Shown here one piece after another: positions 36,101 through 46,736 of a DNA stretch of 64,000 nucleotides. The stretch covers positions 558,001-622,000 of the forward strand of contig OY253676.1 in the NCBI GenBank assembly GCA_958009085.1, written 5' to 3'. Both the position numbers and the translations under genes were made by a program. This DNA is from Protoeuglena noctilucae (Eukaryota). The notes beneath the pieces were generated by a model. It was not told where the DNA came from. It saw nothing but the letters and a program-made list of their open reading frames with translations, and did not search any database. Numbering within the stretch: the first letter of the stretch is position 1; each line of letters starts with the position of its first letter.

Positions 36101-38576
36101 CAGGCGGACGGCAGCCGTCACCCGGCACCAGCATCGGAGGGCGTGCTGGTGCGCGAGGAGAGCAAGCACAGCACCGCGAGTGCGCCACCTGGCCATGCTG
36201 ACGGTTCCGTGAGGGCGCCTAACAGCCACGACGCCCATGCTCATACCTACGCCCATGCCGACACCCGGGCAGCTCCGCCGATGCCGCACGACGTCTACGG
36301 CGTGCCACCCCCGCCATCCTCGGCCTCTCAAGCCCCGTCGTCCTCCGCGAGTCTCAGCGCAGCAGCTGTCCCGGTGTTTGGGAGCATGCCGGGCCTTGTT
36401 CAGGTGCCGGGGTCCATGCCGGGTCCCCGGGCGCCGCGGGTTCCTGCCAACCAGAGCCGCCTCGCGCAGTCCACCGCCGCGAGTGTGGAGGGAGACGGCG
36501 CGGGTGCCGAGGGGGGTAGGGCCCCTGATTCTGGCAGGGCGATGCCCCCGCCAGAGACGGGACCCTTCGCTCAGGGACCCGCGAGTCAGAGGTCGGGGGG
36601 TGACGCGAACGGCGTCATGTCGTGGCTGGGGTGGGGCAGGCAGGCGGAACAAGGGCAGCGACAGCCGGACGACGGGGGGTCGATTGGCAGCGCCGGTGGG
36701 GGTGCCGGACTGGACCAGCCGGGGATGCCGGGACCTATGGTTGACGGTCACCTGGGTGACACGGCGTATGGTAATGGCAATTACGGGTACGGGTCTGAGG
36801 ACAGCGCACAGCCGGAAGGGCGCTGGGGGCAGGACCGGGAAGGGGTTGCTCAAGCCATGCACGGTGCGGAGGGCGGGGGCGAGCGTGTGGGCCAGAAGCA
36901 GGCGTGGAGGGCTGCGCACGTCCCGGAGGACGACGGTGCGGGTTTCTTTGACCAGCTGGGGTCTCCCAAGGGAGTGAGCGATATGAGTGGCACCGGGGGT
37001 GGCATGGGTGGCACCGGGGGTGGCATGGGTGGCACTGGATTTGGTCCTGGCGCCGGGAACGGTGGCGAGGGCCATGGGGGCTTTGTGCACGTCGCAGGTG
37101 CCGAGTCAGGGCGCCCGTCGATGCACGGCGAGGGCGGGAGGGGCTTTGGCGCGGCCAAGAGCGGCGCGGGGCCTCCCACAGGGTACGGGGTGTACGGAGG
37201 TGCGGATGAGGCCGGGGCGGTTGGGGCGCTGGAGAGTGCCTTTGTGGTAGGGCGCCCGGCAGGGGAGTCGAGGACGAGCGGTGTCAATGGGGCGTATCAG
37301 GAGAGTGCAGGCCGTGGGATGGGGCCTGTGAGGGGCACCCCGGCGCCTCCGGGGCAGCACCCGTCCTCGAGTGCCACCGTGACTGGCACCCACTTCGCTG
37401 CCCCGACGGTCCCGGCTTCCAAGGCTCCCTCGTGGGCCCCGCAGCCCTGGAGGGCAGGTCGCGAGTTCGAGTCGGACGGCGCCGACTTCTTCGACTCCCA
37501 TGGATCTCCACGAGGGCACGCGAGCCAGTGGGGAGTCTCGAGCGCAGCGCCAGCAGCGGCCCCGGCGAGTGCAGGAGGGGCACCGCAGGGCAGGGCACCC
37601 GCAGGCCAAGAGAGCCGGCAAGGGGGCCTGGCATCTACCGCAGCTGCGTCGGGAGGCCCCGGCAATGGAGCGGCAGGGTCCCTTGGCGTGCCCATGCCCG
37701 GTGCGAGCCTGGGACAGCCCTCCGCACCTGCGCCCGCACTCCGCCCACCGAGTCTGCCAACCTCACTTTCCCAAGCGGCCCCTCTTCCCTACGCCGGGCT
37801 GCCTCCCTCGTCCTCAACGCCGCCGCCCGGCCCCACCTCGCAGCAAGGGCCGCCCCCGGGCATCCCTGCTTCGGTGCACGTACCTGCCGCGCCACGCCCC
37901 GCAGCTGTGTTCCCTGCACAGCCGGCTCGGAACGCGGGACCCCCGGGGCCCGTGCTGGCCCCACCAGCCCCCCTGGGGGCGGCTGTCGGGTCCGGGCCCA
38001 GTCCTATGGCGCCGCATACGGCTACGACCCAAGGGGCACGGTGGACCTCTGCAGCGCCATCAGCGTTCTCGGGCCCTCGGCCACTGACAGGACCTGCATT
38101 GAGCATGTCTTTCCACGGGCCCGCTCTGGAAGGGGGCTATGGCGCTGGGATGGGCCCTGGGGGTGGAGTGGGCAGCGCTCTGCAGCCGCCTTTGCCAGCC
38201 TCGCAGGGCTTCGCCGGGACGGCGGGCCTCGCCCCGCCTCCCACGGCGCCGTACGCTGGCGGCTCCGCGCCGCCCCGTCCTTTCGTCCCCGGCGCCCCTG
38301 GCGCAATGCAGCAGGTGCGGTGCGATGGGCGTGTTGGTGGGGCAGTGCACCTCTTGCAAGAGGGCACGCGCCTCTAATAGATAGTCTTTGGCTTCAGGTA
38401 TGCTCAGTTGTCCTGACCTTCGCCATGCCGTTCGCTGTTCGCAGGGAACGCCGTCCCTCTCGCGGCCTCCGCTCATGGCGCCCCCTTCCATGCCTGGACA
38501 TGCGCCGCAGCCTTGGCAGGGTAGGCCCGCCTTCCAAGCGCCACCTGGCATGTTCGTCCCTAGGCCTGTGGGTTGA
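33181..38576 (+). CDS. Unknown protein: N-terminal helical/coiled-coil region and a long Gly/Pro/Ala-rich disordered tail
   Basis: In-phase GT-AG exons link heptad-rich segments (ARDRALQEAEKTASALGKAEEHARELQGRVDQMQAQL, ERIAELETQLAEL) to ORFs 34120 and 35417; the last exon GTPSLSRPP...PRPVG ends at 38576. Confidence 0.55.
36989..37035 (+). repeat. 21-bp coding tandem repeat (GTGGGMG x2 plus a partial copy)
   Basis: GGCACCGGGGGTGGCATGGGT at 36989 and 37010, with a partial copy at 37031. Confidence 0.85.
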
Positions 38577-38864
38577 GGGCGGAGAAGAGGCTAGAGAGGG
38601 GAGGCTGTTTCATGCATTGAAACACTGGCAGACGTTCTCGCTGACAGTTTGGGCAGCTGCTGGCCTGACCTCACATCCAAATGCGCAGGTTGTTACTCGC
38701 ATAGTTGGACCAGGAGGTCGGCACCACAGCAGAGGAGAGCAGTTCCCTTATCGTGGGCGCCCACATCCTGCGATCGATTGAGATCTGACGGCCACGCCTT
38801 GCGCTCTCTACCCCAGGCTGCTGACAATCCCATCTAGAAGACGCCAGCAACGCATCTAGAGGCC

Positions 38865-41043
38865 ATGAACAGCAAGCGCCTCGTCGGCGCGGGCATGCAG
38901 TTACTGATGAAGGCCGCGGCCGGGTCCGAGTTTTTTGAGGATCTGACGTTTGCGAAGGCGTCATGGACAACCAAGGCGGTGCTGGGGGCCATCGCGCTCT
39001 TCTGGTTGGTCAAGATCGCGCAGGTGAGGGCCGTCTACCTGTTTGGGTCCTGGGATCGGCGTTGGGGCAGGGTTCGGGGCCAATGAGCATGCACATCGCT
39101 GGGAGTTGGAGCAGAAGCATTTGACGGGATCCTCAACACCGCCGCAGGTAGCCCTGTGGCTGGGATCTTGGCTCACAACCTCGCTCCGTGGGTGGGCGCC
39201 GGCTCAGCCCGCTTCGAGCGCTTCGATGATCGATACCGCGGAGGAGGACGATGATGACAATGCTCTCAAGCCGGTCCAGGTCAGCGCGGGCCCAGGCGCT
39301 GGAGCGGGCTGGCAGCATGTCGCTATCGTGCCCAGCCAAGCCCAGTTGAGACGATCTTTCATCTCGCAGGGCAAGTCCTTAAAGGCCTTAATCAAGGAGA
39401 CGCGCGCGGTGGATCCTATGAACGTGGCCAAGTCGGACGAGCGCGCGAGCAAGAACCGGGCCTTCGTCGCGGGGCTGAAGGGGGCGGGAGGGGGGTGCGC
39501 TGGCATCAACTGGTGGAGGTGGGCGAGGGCCGGCGATGCCATATGCGCACCGCATGTGCCGATCTCACGCAGCCCAACCCGCAAGCCCGCTACCGTGGTA
39601 CCTTCGCCTCTGCAGTGGGGGCACGGGCGGCCATTGGCTGGTGGTCGCCTGTGAGGATCAGGTCCTGCGAGTCTACGACATGTCCCGGCCCGTGGAGGGC
39701 GCGGCCGCACCGGTCATCTCGTGCCGCATCAACGGCGTCCCTCTCGGGGCAGCGTTCCTGGAGACGCCCCAGCAGTTGGCGGCCATCTGCGGCACGGCGT
39801 CCTCTGGCAGCGTCGTGGCCGGGAAGGGGGGCGCCAAGGGCTGGGAGCCGGCGTGGGCGCTCTACGACATCCACAAGCGCCCTCCCAAGGCAAGGTTGCG
39901 CTCATGAGAGCCAGCCCGGCTTGCCTTGTCGCTCCCAGAGCTGACGCAAGTGTTCTGTGCATCCGACACTCTGTGATGAGCGATGAGCCTGTCGAGCGTG
40001 AATTCCCCTCTGTCGGTCTCCGCAGTGCATTGTGTCCGCCCCGACGTGCGGGCTGGGCCCGGGGGTGGTGGTGACGAGCGCGGGCGGGGACGACACAACG
40101 CTGTGCGTGTCGACCGCCAAGGGCAAGAAGCTCGAGGTGCGTGCGGGTCACAGCAACCATGAATCGCACTTTGGCAAGCGCCGCATGCATGGGGCATGGA
40201 ACCATGGGTCGAGTTGTTTGATTGCGGTGGCTGCTTTGTTGCGCAGACGATCGATACGTCAAAGATCCGCAACAACCGCATCGCCATGTCGCCGGATGGG
40301 AAGTTCCTGGCGGCCGCCACGTTCACGAGCGACTGCCCTGTCTGGGAGATCCGATTCGACCGGAACGGCGACTACCTCGGTGAGCGCAGCCAGCCTTGCT
40401 GCCAAGCAAGCGGCAACCGCAGCATCGGTGGCGGCGCCCGTTGTGCTCACCCGTGCAACTGCATGCGCAATGTGGACGCAGCGCTTTCCAAGCGCAACGT
40501 GCCTCCGCACATGCGATGCAGGGACGCGGAAGGCCTTCCAGCTCAAGGGCGCGCACAAGGCCGAGTGCTACGGGGTGGCGTTCGCCGCGTCGACGCCGCG
40601 CATGGCGACGGTGTCCAAGGATGGGACGGTCGCGCTGTGGAACATCGATGTCCGCTACTACAGCGGCGAGGACCCCAAGCTGGTGTGCCGGTGGAACTCG
40701 AGCCTCCCGGGGTCCCAGCCCTACAGCCACGTGGCGTTGTCGCCGGACGCCCAGATCGTCGCCTGCGCCTTCGGGCCCACGGTGCACCTCTTCTCTTCGT
40801 CGGGCGCGCTGGTCGACGAGATCACCGACGCACACACGGGGGGCATCACAGGTGCGGCGGACGGTGTTGTTGCAGGCGCGCGGGTGACGAGGAGCGCTGG
40901 GTGCTGTGCATGAGGCCAGCTGCTCGCTGCCTGCCCCTGCAGACATGGCCTTCTCGGGGACGCTGAAGAGCACGACGGGCTTCCCGTACCTCCTCGCCAC
41001 CAGCGGCAAGGACAAGCGCGTGAGGCTGTGGAAACAACCATGA
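38865..41043 (+). CDS. TBL2: Transducin beta-like protein 2 (ER-anchored WD40 protein)
   Basis: N-terminal TM segment; motifs TIDTSKIRNNRIAMSPDGKFLAAATFTSDCPVWEIRFDRNG, AFQLKGAH, RMATVSKDGTVALWNIDVRY...DPK, DAHTGGIT and LATSGKDKRVRLWK. Start codon uncertain. Confidence 0.85.
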
Positions 41044-41505
41044 TGGCGCAAGATCGTGCGTGGGGCTTCACTGCTTGTGCGGATGCCGTGTGCGGCACAG
41101 AGGGTCCTCCCCGGCTTTCTTGTGCTCGATTTCCTCGTCGCAACTAGGCTGAGACAAACGTCCTTGCAAGCGGGAGATGTGAAAACGACGCGGCCGTTAC
41201 TTATTGCCGATGAAGCTTGTGGCTCGTCCAGAGGACGAAGGAGCAGCTTCTTCCGAGGCGTGGCCGCTCAGCGAAGCGGAGGCTAGGGAGCTTGCAGAGA
41301 GAGAGTTGCGTAGCGCGATTCCCGAGGAGACGCCGGTGCTGGAGTGGAGGAGGGATCCGGTTCTTGCTCCCTCGGGTGCGCAGCGGTCTGCTGGCCTGGC
41401 TCGCCGAAGGGATGAGACGAGCAGTGTTGTGAGTCGTTGCGAATCCAATGATTGCCCCATCGCCGCGCCTTGCAGGCTCTCCGGTCGTGGAGGCGGCGAG
41501 GGGCG

Positions 41506-42882
41506 ATGGCGCAAGCACGAGCTGTGCAACCGGGCCTCCCCCGCTTCCGACGAGCGAACGCCGAGGTCCATGCACTCTCCAGGGGCTGTGTCTCGGCGTT
41601 TATCGCTTTCCATGCACGAGAGCTCGTCGCGGCGGGCGCCGAGGTTTTGCAGGTGGGGCTCGTTCGCTCGCCACGGCGTTCATGGCGTCTCCGGACAACG
41701 TTTCAACGCCGGCGAACGTCTCTACACCTGCAGTTCCTTCCTCCCGACGTGCGGCAGGCCCTGTGCTGCGTCTATCGTCGCAAGGGCCTCCTGAATAACG
41801 CCATGCTCCAAGCGCTGGTCGATGACTCGTGGACCGTGCTGGATTTGAGCGGCACAAAGGTCACCGACTTGGGCCTAGCCCGCGTGCTGCGGGGCCTCCC
41901 CCATCTCCTCGCCCTCGACATCTCGCGCTGCCGTCGCCTCACGCGCGACCTCCTGTCGTGCCTAGGCCGCCTCTGCCCCAAGCTCCAGGTCCTCCGCCTC
42001 GGCGGCTGCGACGTCAGCGACCGCGTGGCGCTGTCCGCGCTCGAGTCCTTCCTGCCAGAGCTGTGCCCGCCATCCCGTAACACCGGCGGGGCAGGCCCAC
42101 GGGGTCGCACGACCGCACCACCCTGCGCTGCATCGGCAGAGCTCATGGGACGTTGGGCAGGGGCGCATGGCGTGGGAGCGGGCGAAGACGAGAGCGAGCG
42201 GGGTGGTTTGGTGTCACGCGAGGGGGAGGATGGGTTGGTGGAGTGTTGGGAGAGCCTGTGCGGGGTGTCAGGGGCGGCGGAGATCAAGTGGGGCCTCAAG
42301 ACGCGAGGGCTGGCGCATCTGACGCATCTCGTGTGGCCAGGGGCGCCACGCCGCGTCGCCGTCGTCGTCGCTCGGCGCTGCCCGCGCGTGGCGCTCGTGC
42401 CCCCGCCGGACAGCGAGGCGACGCCGCGGCTGTGGCGCCGGCAAGGCGCCCGCCGCCCGCCTCTGCGCCAGGCCGACCCGCGCGTGCCACTGGACCAGTT
42501 CATCGCCGACGGCATCTCGCCACGGGGCTTTGAGGCAAGTCAACCAGCCGCGCCACCTCATGCATCCGCCGTGCGCATCCTCTGCGATTCGAACCGCCTG
42601 TTCGCTACGATGCCGCGATGCGGCCGCGTCGTTCTTCGCTCGCAGGACCCCCCGGCGGTGGACTGCAAGGGGACGCCACGGCGGGGGAAGAGGCGCATCT
42701 CTCGCTCCACAACGGCATCCGATCGGCAGCGGGGAGCTGAGGCGGAAGGGAGCCCCGACGCAGAAGCTGAGGTACAGTCCGAGGCAGAGGCGGAGGCAGA
42801 GGCGGAGCGGGCGTGGCGCGAGGGACTTGGGTCAGCCAGCGCACGGCGACACGTGGAGCGGTGGCTTGACGGGGGATGGTGA
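41506..42882 (+). CDS. RNI-like leucine-rich-repeat protein (plant-type family)
   Basis: FLPPDVRQAL..RRKGLLNN..LVDDSWTVLDLSGTKVTDLGL...LALDISRCRRLT...CPKLQVLRLGG, VECWE and LTHLVWP; probable in-frame introns at about 41653-41733 and 42535-42645. Confidence 0.75.
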   Translation: MAQARAVQPGLPRFRRANAEVHALSRGCVSAFIAFHARELVAAGAEVLQVGLVRSPRRSWRLRTTFQRRRTSLHLQFLPPDVRQALCCVYRRKGLLNNAMLQALVDDSWTVLDLSGTKVTDLGLARVLRGLPHLLALDISRCRRLTRDLLSCLGRLCPKLQVLRLGGCDVSDRVALSALESFLPELCPPSRNTGGAGPRGRTTAPPCAASAELMGRWAGAHGVGAGEDESERGGLVSREGEDGLVECWESLCGVSGAAEIKWGLKTRGLAHLTHLVWPGAPRRVAVVVARRCPRVALVPPPDSEATPRLWRRQGARRPPLRQADPRVPLDQFIADGISPRGFEASQPAAPPHASAVRILCDSNRLFATMPRCGRVVLRSQDPPAVDCKGTPRRGKRRISRSTTASDRQRGAEAEGSPDAEAEVQSEAEAEAEAERAWREGLGSASARRHVERWLDGGW

Positions 42883-43097
42883 GGGAGGCGGGTGTATCAT
42901 GATACTGTATGTCACCACATCTATCAGCCGTGGACATCATGTGGTTTGAGCCAAGCAGCAAACTTGGGGAGCTCGGACTTGCTTTGAACCGAGTAGTTAA
43001 ACGACAGTATTGCATATATTAGCAGAGAGGTAGGAAGTGCAACGGGGAACCGCGAGCCACTAAGGCAGTAGGGGTACAAGGATCGCAAGCAATGCCG

Positions 43098-44647
43098 TCA
43101 CTTGAGGCGGATGGTCGTCTTGCGGCGGTCGGGAGTCACTGTGCCCGCCGCGGCCTCCAACGGCGGGTGGCTGAAGGTGGCGTGGTCGAGGAAGTGAGAC
43201 AGGTCCATGACTTGGCTCACGAAGAGGTCGCGGATGGCAGGGACGGGCGGGGCGGTGATGTGGAGGGCGAACCCCATCGCATACGACTTGGCTTGCAGCG
43301 GGAACGCCCGTGCGGTCTGCTCGCGCTCGTACTCCCGCATCGCGGCCGCCACCGACTGCCGGTCGCACCCGACCGTGCGAGAGAGCCGCCCCGCCAGACG
43401 CACCGCGCCCTCGAGGGCGCATGCCCCGCCCTGGCCCAGGTTGGGCGTCATCGGGTGCAGTGCGTCGCCGACCAGCGTGCTCGCCCCCCGGCCCATGAAC
43501 GACCCTGGCGCCGCCCAGCGGTCCACGATTCGGTTGCGCACCACCTCGCCCGCGGGCGTCGCCCGTATGCACACCTCGATGCCCCCGGCCCAGCCCCGCA
43601 CGAGCCCCAGCGCCTCCTGCAGGATCTCCCCTTGAGTCAGGCGGATGGGCTCCCCGCTGTCGTTGAAGACCGTGAACCAATAGACCTCGCGGTCGTTGAT
43701 GGGATACAACCCTGCGCGGACACCCTTGCCCCAGATCTGCCGCACGGTGCCCAGCGGGACGACGCTCGGTGGGACGCCCTTCGGAAATACGGCGACGCCA
43801 CGATGTGCCGTCATGCCCGCGAAGTTCGGAGGCGCGACGCCGAGCTCGCGCGCCACTCGGCTCCGTGCACCGTCGGCCCCCACCAGCGCCCGGCACTCGG
43901 CCCGCGTGCCGTCGGGGAGAGTGATGGCCGGGGCCCCGGTCAAAGGGCACTCGAACTCCTCCACCTCGACGCCATAGACCACTGCGGGTTGCAAAGTGGG
44001 CCAGATGTCGCGGCAGGGTGCTACACGCTTGGCTACCAGCGACAGGTAGTGCGCCGTGAGTTTGGCCGCGCGAGCGCACCATTGTTTTTGCACGCCTGGT
44101 GAAGCGCCGCTACGAGACTCTGCCGTTTCACTCCGCGGAACTCGTGCGGGCCCCCGGTGCAGTTCGCGAAGCTGTGGGCCTTGTTGAGCACCCCCTCGCT
44201 CGTGCACAGCTCGAGCCTCTCGAGCTCGAGGGTCCCACTACGGACGCTGTCCGCGACACCCACTCCCAACAGCTCCAGGGCCTTCCACGCGTTCGTCTGA
44301 AGCGCTATGGACGCCCCCGGTGCTTCAGGCCCTGCAAGCACGCAGCGAATCCACGTCTGTGTGAGGGCACGTCTTAACACGTTTGAACGACATTGTTATG
44401 CGAGGGCAGCTGCCGCACCGGGAAGGCGCTCCAGGACGACGTTTGGGACCCCGACGCGAGTGAGCGCGATGGACGTCGCCAGCCCCGCAATTCCCGCCCC
44501 GATTATCACCACCCGCGAGTTGCAGTCAGCAGGTATTGCGACGGGCCGAACAATGGCACGCGGACGGTGGAAAGCCCATCGCCGGCGCGGGTTTACAGGT
44601 ACCAAGCCCGCACCACGCAGCGAGCACCATGCGCATGGCTGGGGCAT
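43098..44647 (-). CDS. FAD-dependent monooxygenase (class A flavoprotein hydroxylase, plant monooxygenase-like), 3 exons
   Basis: GxGxxG motif VVIIGAGIAGL, DG motif LVGADGARS, GD motif LVGDALHPMTPNLGQGGACALE; transit-peptide-like N-terminus. Confidence 0.9.
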
Positions 44648-44971
44648 GCTGTCACCCCCGCGCCTACTGTGATGTTGTTGCGGCGCAGGAAGTGGGCCCT
44701 GTGCCCCATTTTGCTGCCAAAACTCCTGAACTCCCGAATCCAGGTTCTGGCGGATTGGGAACGAGATATGAAGGGCGATGCACCACGGCATAGGGGCGGC
44801 AGTGTCATGAACAGCGCGACCGCGCCTCGGATTCCGCTCCCACGCTGGCATTCACTGCGTGGAACTGCCCTTGTCCCTACACGCACTCTCACTCGCTCGC
44901 CTCCGCCACCCACGCGCCGAGAGGCGCCCAAGTGCAGCCGACAGGCTTCCGCTGCCTTGCAGAGACACAGC

Positions 44972-46554
44972 ATGTCGCCGGGCAAAAAGTACTTCGAGCC
45001 GACGCTCAGCTCCCTGTACAGGTGGGTGCGAGGAGCCAGTGGGCTTGCGCAGAGGCATGAACGCTAGGCATGCATGCGCGCCTCTGACCCAGGGGTGGGA
45101 GTCGTCGCGCTGGGCGCGGTGTCTTTCAGGCTTGCCGCATCAGGAGCCGATGCCGCGCACGCCGAAAAGTCAATTTGGCCTTCGTGTGCACCGATGGCAT
45201 CTTAGAACCCTATAAATGCAATCGCGTGGCTCCAGTCCGCCCATCGCCGCCGGGCCTGCGCTCCCGCCTCGAGGAGCGCAGGTGGCCATGTGAGGACCCG
45301 CGCGCCCCCGCTATTCCACGTCGCAGGGCGAAAAACCCCCTGGCGCAGTACCCGGAGTTCCAAGAGCTGCGTGCGGCGGTTGCGGGGCTGCAGCGGGACT
45401 CCCTGGAGGCGCTGCGGCTCGAGGAAGAGTCCCACGTGACCGTCAAGTACCTCTCGAGGTCCGGCGCGCGCGCAAGCACGTCCGCGGCCGTCTTTTTCAC
45501 ATGCACGACCTCTCTGTTCGTCGACCGCTGCCCGCCCGCCGACGCAGGCAGCTCAAGCTGGCCCACCGCGGCCTGCACATGCTGACAGACATCATGGTGG
45601 AGGAGCTCTCGTCGATGAAGACCAACCTCGCCGCGAAGGACGCTGAGATCGCGGACTTGAAGGCCCGCGTGGCCCAGGTCGAGGGGCGGCAGCTCGAGTA
45701 CGGCCGCTGGTCGCAGTCGGCTCGTGAGGACCTTGTCGACATCCGGAGGGCCGTGGAAAGGGAGCTGACCCACGAGTCGCAGGCGAGTCCTGCAGTGCAT
45801 ACCACGTGCTTTGGACTCACGGCGCGACGGCAAGACACGACAGCAGAGGCGCAGCAGCCACGCGTCACCGCAGCCAAGTCGCGCCTCTTGCTTTGTCCCC
45901 CTCAGACGCTGCGGCACGCCATGGCCAAGCAGGCCAGGCTGCTGGAGGAGCTCGCGGTGCGTGTGGAGGCGATGCAGGCGTCCCGGGAGCCCCCGCACGC
46001 GGTGAGGGAGGAGGCCGTGCGTGCGGCCCGAGAGGAGGCGGGGCTGGCGGCGCGGCGGGCGGCGTCGCAGGCGGCGACGGCGGCGGCGGAGTCCCTGGAG
46101 ACTCAGTCGCGGCGGCTGGCTGGGCGTATCGAGCAGCTGGACCAGAGGTGAGAGGTGGTGGATGGGTGGGTGCATTCAGCTGCTGGATCGGAGGTGAGAG
46201 GTGGTGGCAGGAGGACAAGCACTCGGCACTTGATGCTCGTGCGTCCCATCGCATCTCTCCCGCCCACTTGCGCCTCTCTTCATGCCCACACCCACTGCAC
46301 CTATCCGATGACTTCATGTCAGCACCCACCATCTGCATCTCCCTGGTTGCCAGGTCCAACCCTTTCCTCGGACTTTGCTCTTCAGGTACGAGCGCCTGGA
46401 GAGTCACGTGCTGGAGCTGGTGGACATGCTCAAGACCCGGGCGCTGCAGGGAGAGGCCGACTACGGCGACGGGCGGTCGGGGTATGGGGGCGACGCCGCG
46501 AGCCTGTTCGACTCGGGGCGAAGGGACTCTCTCCCTCGATCCACAGTGTTCTGA
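44972..46554 (+). CDS. Unknown coiled-coil protein, about 6 exons
   Basis: Phase-consistent exons starting at 44972, 45130, 45282, 45548, 45906 and 46386; heptad-rich segments (KDAEIADLKARVAQVE, LAGRIEQLDQRYERLE); stop TGA at 46552-46554. Confidence 0.6.
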
Positions 46555-46736
46555 AGAGACGATGTTGCATGTCGCAGATACCGATACCATTGTTATCACA
46601 GAGCTTGAAAGCCAAAGAGTCTTGAATCACCGCTCATATGCCCCGTGGCAGGTAACCGGGGGAGGCGCAAACGACGCAGCTGCCAGGGCTGGCCTTATGA
46701 AACGCCGACGCTCTACACACGCATGGCGCCATCGCC

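Noticed and set aside
42646..42882. Possible frameshift in the RNI-like C-terminus (basic RQRRRQRR in another frame next to AERAW)
   Set aside because: The GAGGCR repeat makes both frames look plausible; it cannot be supported without an alignment.
43984..44095. Apparent GC donor CAG|GCGTGC in the monooxygenase
   Set aside because: The acceptor needs phase 1, and the downstream GT donor AATG|GTGCGC fits, so it was not counted as GC-AG.
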